Assembly: GCF_006345805.1 (NCBI RefSeq)
Contig: NW_021833547.1
Coordinates: forward strand, 1 to 28,411
Source: Octopus sinensis
Taxonomy: Eukaryota
DNA: 28,411 nt
Reading direction: 5' to 3'
Both the position numbers and the translations under genes were made by a program. This document shows positions 20,131-28,411 of this stretch, one piece after another. Every line of letters starts with the position of its first letter. The stretch's first letter is position 1. Below the pieces are notes generated by a model. It ran no database searches. It was not told where the DNA came from and saw nothing but the letters and a program-made list of their open reading frames with translations.

Positions 20131-23100
20131 AAGAAAGAATATCCTCGATTATGAGGTCCCCCAAAACCTTCAAGTCAATTTTCTGCGTTTTTGTTAAAAT
20201 GAACAACAAGAAAGTCCTCGACTCACATGATGTGGTCCCCCAAAACCTCAAGCCAAAAAATTAAAAAAATTATTTTCTGCGTTTTTGTTAAAATGAACAA
20301 CAAGAAAGTCCTCGACTCACATGATGTGGTCCCCCAAAACCTTCAAGGTAAAAAATTAAAAAAATTATTTTCTGCGTTTTTGTTAATTTTTTTTTTTTTT
20401 TTTTTTTTTTTGAAATTATTGAAATAAGTTAGTCAATGATTAAAAGGCACTTGCGGTTGCACGCATGATGGAGTGTGCATTGCCGCGAACGACAGCTATT
20501 CCAATTTGTTGGAATAACCATGACACTTCTCGAGGCTCCCCACGTCGCCTAGCAACTTTTCCTCCGACTTCTCTGATGAAAGAAATCGTAAGAGGGCCGG
20601 TTACCCCAGAAGTCTCCACAGCGATAGGTACGAAGCGGTACCGTTGTCCAAGATTTGCGTATTTGGCAATTTTTCTTTGCTCTGCAGCATCTGCTGCAGA
20701 ACCTGGAGAAACAGCAGAAGAGATCATATTAGTTTTGGAATGGGTGTCAACACACGTTGAATCCCAAACCAACGATTTTCCACAGGAGTAGGGAAAAGTG
20801 GTCATTCCATCGGGTCTTTTCCCATCTCCACGATCTAAGCCCACTGGCTCTAGGATCGAGGGGAAGCCCGCCGACTCAAGAGCTCTTAAGATAACATTGT
20901 TAATAGCGGAGTGCCGAGGAGCTCGGCCAGCACTTCGTTTGCAAGAGAGTGGGTGTACACCTTTGACGTCAACCATTTTTCCACATCTACAACGATGTTG
21001 TTCGCAGATGTCAAGTCCGAGTCTCAGTGCAGTACCGATTTTGTTAAATGAACAACAAGAAAGTCCTCGACTCACATGAGTGGTCCCCCAAAACCTTCAA
21101 GCCAAAAAATTAAAAAAATATTTTCTGCGTTTTTGTTAAAATGAACAACAAGAAAGTCCTCGACTCACATGATGTGGTCCCCCAAAACCTTCAAGCTAAA
21201 AAATTAAAAAAATTATTTTCTGCGTTTTTGTTAAAATGAACAACAAGAAAGTCCTCGACTCACATGATGTGGTCCCCAAAACCTTCAAGGTAAAAAATTA
21301 AAAAATTATTTTCTGCGTTTTTGTTAAAATGAACAACAAGAAAGTCCTCGACTCACATGATGTGGTCCCCCAAAACTTCAAGGTAAAAAATTAAAAAATT
21401 ATTTTCTGCGTTTTTGTTAAAATGAACAACAAGAAAGTCCTCGACTCACATGATGTGTCCCCCAAACCTTCAAGGTAAAAAATTAAAAAATTATTTTCTG
21501 CGTTTTTGTTAAAATGAACAACAAGAAAGTCCTCGACTCACATGATGTGGTCCCCCAAAACCTTCAAGGTAAAAAATTAAAAAATTATTTTCTGCGTTTT
21601 TGTTAAAATGAACAACAAGAAGTCCTCGACTCACATGATGTGGTCCCCCAAAACTTTCAAGCCAAAAATTAAAAAAATTATTTTCTGCGTTTTTGTTAAA
21701 ATAAACAACAAGAAAGTCCTCGACTCACATGATGTGGTCCCCCAAAACCTTCAAGCCAAAAAATTAAAAAAAATTATTTCTGCGTTTTTGTTAAATGAAC
21801 AACAAGAAAGTCCTCGACTCACATGATGTGGTCCCCAAAACCTTCAAGCTAAAAAATTAAAAAAATTATTTTCTGCGTTTTTGTTAAAATGAACAACAAG
21901 AAAGTCCTCGACTCACATGATGTGGTCCCCAAAACCTTCAAGGTAAAAAATTAAAAAATTATTTTCTGCGTTTTTGTTAAAATGACAACAAGAAAGTCCT
22001 CGACTCACATGATGTGGTCCCCCAAACCTTCAAGCCAAAAAATTAAAAAAAATTATTTTCTGCGTTTTTGTTAAAATGAACAACAAGAAAGTCCTCGACT
22101 CACATGATGTGGTCCCCCAAAACCTTCAAGCAAGCCAAAAATTAAAAAAAATTATTTTCTGCGTTTTTGTTAAAATGAACACAAGAAAGTCCTCGACTCA
22201 CATGATGTGGTCCCCCAAAACTTCAAGCCAAAAAATAAAAAAAATTAACAAAAAATTATTTTCTGCGTTTTTGTTAAAATGAACAACAAGAAAGTCCTCG
22301 ACTCACATGATGTGGTCCCCCAAAACCTTCAAGTAAAAAATTAAAAAATTAAAAAAATTATTTCTGCGTTTTTGTTAAAATGAACAACAAGAAAGTCCTC
22401 GACTCACATGATGTGGTCCCCCAAAACCTTCAAGCTAAAAAATTAAAAAATTATTTTCTGCGTTTTTGTTAAAATGAACAACAAGAAAGTCCTCGACTCA
22501 CATGATGTGGTCCCCCAAAACCTTCAAGGTAAAAAATTAAAAAATTATTTTCTGCGTTTTTGTTAAAATGAACAACAAGAAAGTCCTCTCGACTCACATG
22601 ATGTGGTCCCCCAAAACCTTCAAGCCAAAAAATTAAAAAAAATTATTTTCTGCGTTTTTGTTAAAATGAACAACAAGAAAGTCCTCGACTCACATGATGT
22701 GGTCCCCCAAAACCTTCAAGCCAAAAAATTAAAAAAAATTATTTTCTGCGTTTTTGTTAAAATGAACAACAAGAAAGTCCTCGACTCACATGATGTGGTC
22801 CCCCAAAACCTTCAAGCCAAAAAATTAAAAAAAATTATTTTCTGCGTTTTTGTTAAAATGAACAACAAGAAAGTCCTCGACTCACATGATGTGGTCCCCC
22901 AAACCTTCAAGCTAAAAAATTAAAAAAATTATTTCTTTTCTGCGTTTTTGTTAAAATGAACAACAAGAAAGTCCTCGACTCACATGATGTGGTCCCCCAA
23001 AACCTTCAAGCCAAAAAATTAAAAAAAATTATTTTCTGCGTTTTTGTTAAAATGAACAACAAGAAAGTCCTCGACTCACATGATGTGGTCCCCCAAAACC

Positions 23101-25296
23101 TTCAAGCCAAAAAATTAAAAAAAATTATTTTCTGCGTTTTTGTTAAAATGAACAACAAGAAAGTCCTCGACTCACATGATGTGGTCCCCCAAAACCTTCA
23201 AGCTAAAAAATTAAAAAAAAATTTTTTCTGCGTTTTTGTTAAAATGAACAACAAGAAAGTCCTCGACTCACATGATGTGGTCCCCCAAAACCTTCAAGCC
23301 AAAAAATTAAAAAAAAATATTTTCTGCGTTTTTGTTAAAATGAACACAAGAAAGTCCTCGACTCACATGATGTGGTCCCCCAAACCTTCAAGCAAAAAAT
23401 TAAAAAAATTATTTTCTGCGTTTTTGTTAAAATGAAAAACAAGAAAGTCCTCGACTCACTCACATGATGTGGTCCCCCAAAACCTTCAAGCCAAAAATTA
23501 AAAAAAAATATTTTCTGCGTTTTTGTTAAAATGAACAACAAGAAAGTCCTCGACTCACATGATGTGGTCCCCCAAAACCTTCAAGCTAAAAAATTAAAAA
23601 AATTATTTTCTGCGTTTTTGTTAAAATGAACAACAAGAAAGTCCTCGACTCACATGATGTGGTCCCCCAAAACCTTCAAGCCAAAAAATTAAAAAAAAAA
23701 AAAATTATTTCTGCGTTTTTTGTTAAAATGAACAACAAGAAAGTCCTCGACTCACATGATGTGGTCCCCCAAAACCTTCAAGCCAAAAAATAAAAAAAAA
23801 TTATTTTCTGCGTTTTTGTTAAAATGAACAACAAGAAAGTCCTCGACTCACATGATGTGGTCCCCCAAAACCTTCAAGCCAAAAAATTAAAAAAAATTAT
23901 TTTCTGCGTTTTTGTTAAATGAACAACAAGAAAGTCCTCGACTCACATGATGTGGTCCCCCAAAACCTTCAAGCCAAAAAATTAAAAAAATTATTTTCTG
24001 CGTTTTTGTTAAAATGAACAACAAGAAAGTCCTCGACTCACATGATGTGGTCCCCCAAACCTTCAAGCAAAAAATTAAAAAAATTATTTTCTGCGTTTTT
24101 GTTAAAATGAACAACAAGAAAGTCCTCGACTCACATGATGTGGTCCCCCAAAACCTTCAAGCCAAAAATTAAAAAAAATTTTCTGCGTTTTTGTTAAAAT
24201 GAACAACAAGAAAGTCCTCGACTCACATGATGTGGTCCCCCAAACCTTCAAGCCAAAAAAAAAAAAAATTATTTTCTGCGTTTTGTTAAAATGAACAACA
24301 AGAAAGTCCTCGACTCACATGATGTGGTCCCCCAAAACCTTCAAGCTAAAAAATTAAAAAAAAATTATTTTCTGCGTTTTTGTTAAAATGAACAACAAGA
24401 AAGTCCTCGACTCACATGATGTGGTCCCCAAAACCTTCAAGCCAAAAAATTAAAAAAAATTATTTTCTGCGTTTTTGTTAAAATGAACAACAAGAAAGTC
24501 CTCGACTCACATGATGTGGTCCCCAAAAACCTTCAAGCTAAAAAATTAAAAAAATTATTTTCTGCGTTTTTGTTAAATGAACAACAAGAAAGTCCTCGAC
24601 TCACATGATGAGGTCCCCCAAAACCTTCAAGGTAAAAAATTAAAAAAATTATTTTCTGCGTTTTTGTTAAAATGAACAACAAGAAAGTCCTCGACTCACA
24701 TGATGTGGTCCCCAAAACCTTCAAGGTAAAAAATTAAAAAAATTATTTTCTGCGTTTTTGTTAAAATGAACAACAAGAAAGTCCTCGACTCACATGATGT
24801 GGTCCCCAAAACCTTCAAGGTAAAAAATTAAAAAAATTATTTTCTGCGTTTTTGTTAAAATGAACAACAAGAAAGTCCTCGACTCACATGATGTGGTCCC
24901 CCAAAACTTTCAAGCCAAAAAATTAAAAAAAATTATTTTCTGCGTTTTTGTTAAAATAAACAACAAGAAAGTCCTCGACTCACATGATGTGGTCCCCCAA
25001 AACCTTCAAGCAAAAAATTAAAAAAATTATTTTCTGCGTTTTTGTTAAAATGAACAACAAGAAAGTCCTCGACTCACATGATGTGGTCCCCCAAAACCTT
25101 CAAGGTAAAAAATTAAAAAAATTATTTTCTGCGTTTTTGTTAAAATGAACAACAAGAAGTCCTCGACTCACATGATGTGGTCCCTCAAAACCTTCAAGCC
25201 AAAAAATTAAAAAAAAATATTTTCTGCGTTTTTGTTAAAATGAACGACAAGAAAGTCCTCGACTCACATGATGAGGTCCTCCACAACCTTCAAGCC
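20131..25296. repeat. Tandem array (satellite), ~47 units of ~93-100 bp plus a partial first unit
   Basis: Consensus AAAAAATTAAAAAAATTATTTTCTGCGTTTTTGTTAAAATGAACAACAAGAAAGTCCTCGACTCACATGATGTGGTCCCCCAAAACCTTCAAG(CC/CT/GT). Variation is mostly homopolymer length, and there are no unique spacers. Units were counted by eye via GACTCAC. Confidence 0.97.
20387..21038 (-). mobile_element. CRE-like 3' stub, copy 5 (zinc knuckle + RLE, poly(A), TSD), inserted in the array
   Basis: Uninterrupted frame LRLGLDICEQHRCRCGKMVDVKGVHPLSC..RH..DGKRPDG..WDSTCVDT..KIAKY..FVPIAVETSG..RGNAHSI. 25 T at 20387-20411 is the poly(A) tail on the minus strand. TTTTGTTAA is duplicated at 20378-20386 and 21039-21047. Confidence 0.9.
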
Positions 25297-26009
25297 TCGT
25301 GAGGCCATTAATTAGCTTAGCTATCTTTTTTCGATGACATAAATTCTTTTTGTTAAATTTTCGTTAAAAAAATAAAATAAAAGCTCTAATTGTTATCGAC
25401 CATGAATAGACTGTGCAATTATCAGATTTTGAAAACCACTAAAAAGGAAAAAGCAAAAATTATTAGAGATTTACATAATTGATTCTTTTTAACTGCCGAA
25501 ACTGACAAATTCGATTATGCTACTGTTTAGATTTCTTAAAAGATAGAGGCAAATAAAATTTAAATTAGTCATGTAAATTTCAATTTGCCTATATTTAAAT
25601 CTCCTTGATTTAACAGGCTTTAATTTTTTTCCTTATAATACTACAAAGATGAAGCTGATTATCATTTTCTTTACCGAAACAGACAAGTTCGATTATGCTA
25701 AAGTTTCAATTCCTTTAAACATAGAGGCAATTAAGTATAATGGCTTTGATTGGATAATACACTTTACATAAATTTCACTAAATAAATTTACGTAGAAAAT
25801 TTAATATAAATTACTGATTCGCGTTTACAAAATCATAAGAATGTCCTATAAAGAGAGATCTGAGAATGTTAACAAACAGAGAATATGAACCATATAACAA
25901 AAAAAGAGAAACGAGGGAAGATGTGCTTAAATGGTGAGGGAACTTAGACAACAGCTGAACAAGGTCAGGACTGCTGTTAGACTCAACTACGGGTAATAGA
26001 ATTATGCAT

Positions 26010-26816
26010 TCTAGGTTAATTGTTTGGGATGAATGTACGATGGCTCATAAAGGCGCATTCAAGCAGTTGACCGAACATATAGAGATATCAAGAATTGTAG
26101 CGACCATTTGTTTGGGGGAGCATTAGTTGTATTGGCAGGTGATTTTAGACAGACGCTGCCAATTATTCAAAGAGGGACGCCTGCGGATGAATTGAATGCC
26201 TGCCTCAAATCGTCATATTTGTGGACACACGTGAAAAAGGTAAGCTTAGATGTAAATGTACATGCACATTTACAAGGCGTTAATAGCATATTCCCACAAA
26301 TCCTTCTAGATATTGGAAATGGGGCAATCACTTCAGAAATGCACGACCAGAAAATTAGGCTACCGGAAGAATTATGTATTTTCGTAGAAACAGCAGAAGA
26401 ATTATTGAATGCCGTCTATTCCGAACTATCTGAACACTACGTGAATTTCGACTGGCTGCGTGAACGAGCTATATTAGCTCCACTTAATGATGAGGTACTT
26501 AATATAAATTTAGATTTATTAATGAAAATCCCTGGCAGAGAAAGAATATATAAATTGGTCGACGTTATTATGGACCATGAAAGGGCCTGCGATAGATTTA
26601 AGAGACTACAATTTCCGCTGAAGATAAGTTTTGCTATGACAATAAACAAGGCCCAGGGACAGTCTTTAAAGGTAGTAGGCTTATTTTAGAGAACGAGTGC
26701 TTTTCACATGGCCAGCTGTATGTGGGGTGCTCAAGGGTAGGTAGAAGAGAAATTTATTTATATTTGCCAAGGATGGACGGACTGCAAACATCGTTTATCC
26801 ACAGGCCTTAGAATAA
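26010..26816 (+). pseudogene. PIF1-type Helitron helicase, C-terminal part, internally deleted and frameshifted
   Basis: LIVWDECTMAHK, FGGALVVLAGDFRQTLPII, RAILAPLN, FKRLQFPLKISFAMTINKAQGQSL, FSHGQLYVGCSRVG and NIVYPQALE*. Confidence 0.88.
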
Positions 26817-26875
26817 GGTTATATCAAAGCAGGTCGCATTTATATATCTACATAAATTTATAGTTATTTAAGGAA

Positions 26876-26945
26876 ACTGCGAGCGTAGCGAGCAGGGCCT
26901 CCGCAGGAGCTAGCTCGCAGTGAGCGAAGCGAACTGCTGAGCTAG
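26876..26945 (+). terminator. Helitron 3' terminal hairpin and CTAG end
   Basis: ACTGCGAGC...GCTCGCAGT inverted repeat, CTCGCAGT...ACTGCTGAG stem, GCGAGCG(T/A)AGCG-type motifs, then CTAG followed by T. Confidence 0.8.
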
Positions 26946-27185
26946 TATTTATTATTAATAATAAGCACACCGCAAAATAACGTTGGTAAAGTTATCTCGC
27001 TTGTGCCAACCTCTCCTGGATGCGTTTTGTTAATCGCTTCGTCCCTCTGTTCCTCGATAGTTCCCTCAGGTGCTCAAGATCGTCTGCTGATTTCAGCCCT
27101 TTTCCAATCAAAGTTAGGTCCTGGTGCAGGAGGGTTGGTAGAGTGATTCGTGGTCATCCTTGGAAGTTTGTTCCCGGATGGGGGG
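26946..27185 (-). mobile_element. 3' end of an RTE-like LINE with short TAA-rich tail
   Basis: Minus strand PRITLPTLLHQDLTLIGKGLKSADDLEHLRELSRNRG...LAQAR*, then ttattattaataataaat abutting the Helitron end. Confidence 0.5.
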
Positions 27186-27629
27186 CGTAGTGGTGTTCCA
27201 TTACGAGATTTTCCCTGCCAATTCTTAGGATGTGACCGAATAAGCCCCATCTATTACTTCTTATTTCTTCGTCCAACGGGTGTGCATTGTGCTTGGAGTA
27301 AAGATGTTTGTTTGATATGCGTTTTGGCCAAAAGATTCCTAGGATGTATACTATTGTACTTAGCAGATAAAATCTAAGAAAACTTTACGGAATTTTACAT
27401 GTAGATATCATGCACACTCTAGAAAAACTCAAAGTATTAGGAGGAGGAACTAATAAATAATCCTACACTCATCAGGAAATAATTAGGAGCGCTTGGATTA
27501 TTATCTTTCCAATATTCTCATGGATGGCTTATCCCATATAATGTAGAAAAAACGGCTGCCAAAAAAACTGTTGAGATTCACGAAACTAAAGGAAGGTACA
27601 AATGAGCATACAACTCGACAATAAATGAA

Positions 27630-28062
27630 TAGTCAATATACCAACAAGATTTAAGACTCCAACTTGTGATCCTAAACGGAAATCTGAATTAAGAAAACTG
27701 AGAAACAAAATCCAACACGAAATCAAGAGGAATATGCTTCAATCCTGGTCTGAATTATTGAACTAGCGCATAATAGAAGTGGAGAGGCTAAAATCAGATA
27801 CAAAAATGTTTATGGCTATGCGCTTACTCAAACGAGGGTTGGCTAATCTAAAAATTCAAAATGAGTCTGGTCATTTTGTATTGGATGTTTTCCGCTCGGC
27901 TGAACTTATAGCCCAACTCTTTAGGAATCAGTTCAATCGGAGGACACTTTACCGCTCTCACAATTCGAAAAGCAGCCTCGTTTACTGAACAATATGATCA
28001 CAAATTCCGACATTTGTGGAGCAATGCTTCGACTGAGTAATAACAGGGCAGCTAGTCAGATA
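27630..28062 (+). pseudogene. RTE-like LINE fragment (EN-RT linker to start of RT)
   Basis: ELRKLRNKIQHEIK..RLKSDTKMFMAMRLLKR..LKIQNESG..AQLFRNQF, then PRLLNNMITNSDICGAMLRLSNNRAAS. Confidence 0.5.
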
Positions 28063-28309
28063 AATGAGGTAAATTTGAAACCGCTCATTTGGAACAGAAA
28101 CAGAAAATGATTAGTTTTATCCACGGTTTAAATTATTAATAAAACAGACTTAAATTTAAGTGAAAGAGAAAGCTTGCAAACATCACACGCTGAAATTACT
28201 TTTCTTGTCACATAATATGCTTTGAACTTTCTTATTAAAGATATTAGAGAAACTTCATGTACAGTAAACAATGGTTAATTAAATAACATGTGTCCACTGA
28301 AAATCCAAG

Positions 28310-28411
28310 TAATAGTTCACATCTTCCATCTCCACGCCAATGTCTCCTCTTCTTTGGACAATAGCTTCAAGTCGTCAATGAATAGGAAGTGATTTGTAGA
28401 AAAGGTCAAGG
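28310..28411 (-). pseudogene. RT fragment of an R4/Dong-like retrotransposon, cut by the window edge
   Basis: Minus strand TNHFLFIDDLKLLSKEEETL (catalytic xxDD motif in NHLLFIDDLKL context). Confidence 0.5.

Larger units (their letters stand above)
19926..26945 (+). mobile_element. Putative Helitron (~7.0 kb, non-autonomous/degenerate) containing a tandem array
   Basis: Candidate 5' end A|TCATACT...AATAATAAAATGG followed by (GTCT)n; PIF1 helicase remnant; GC-rich 3' hairpin and CTAG|T at 26942-26946. The 3' end is strong. The 5' end, and linking both ends into one element, are inferred. Confidence 0.6.

Noticed and set aside
20440-21075. Functional chimeric satellite-RLE nuclease gene (211-aa ORF)
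   Set aside because: The N-terminal MSRGLSCCSFNK comes from the repeat unit and starts at GTG. There is no in-frame ATG before an upstream TGA, so it is best explained as read-through into a truncated insertion.
22603-23435. Repeat-protein ORFs (MNNKKVLDSHDVVPQNLQAKKLKKIIFCVFVK)n
   Set aside because: They appear only where consecutive units happen to be 96 bp. The frame is broken freely by homopolymer variation elsewhere, so there is no sign of coding constraint.
20131-25296. CRISPR-like array
   Set aside because: Units are contiguous near-identical monomers with no unique spacers, the context is eukaryotic, and there are no cas genes.
1262-25317. Recurrent TTAATTAG(T/C)T at element junctions (1262, 8298, 18798, 25308), resembling multi-frame stop cassettes or a shared target
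   Set aside because: A rough expectation for this 8-mer in 28 kb of ~70% AT DNA, both strands, is about five, and it also occurs away from junctions (12272, 14472).
5152-28062. RTE-like fragments (19370, 27630, 5152, 26946) as scrambled pieces of a single element
   Set aside because: The fragments ending NNRAAS and starting KNRTSG cover the same position with different sequence, so they are independent copies.

Overview
AT-rich eukaryotic DNA, most likely from an animal with a reduced genome. The evidence is an Islet-type LIM-homeobox gene plus spliceosomal introns of only 25-33 nt; dicyemid, orthonectid or myxozoan-like lineages are an inference, not a demonstrated identification. Three host protein genes can be supported: mevalonate kinase (6029-7385, +, 6 micro-introns), a neurochondrin homologue (9878-11485, +) and Islet (12650-13664, -, 5' end unresolved). 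There is also one intact U2 snRNA gene (about 18852-19039, -). Most of the rest is layered mobile DNA: a Tc1 (DD34E) end whose transposase carries a 27-nt micro-intron; a hAT MITE split by a TSD-flanked 2.9-kb Vingi/Ingi-like LINE with a 2A-like DVEPNPGP motif; a second Vingi-like stub; RTE-like and R4/Dong-like fragments; an integrase remnant; and five mutually divergent CRE-like 3' stubs retaining only the restriction-like endonuclease region. A putative 7-kb Helitron (19926-26945) holds a ~5.1-kb array of ~47 units of 93-100 bp, into which the youngest CRE stub has inserted with a 25-nt poly(A) tail and a 9-bp TSD. All coordinates, counts and family assignments were made by eye from the sequence and recalled motifs; no searches were run.
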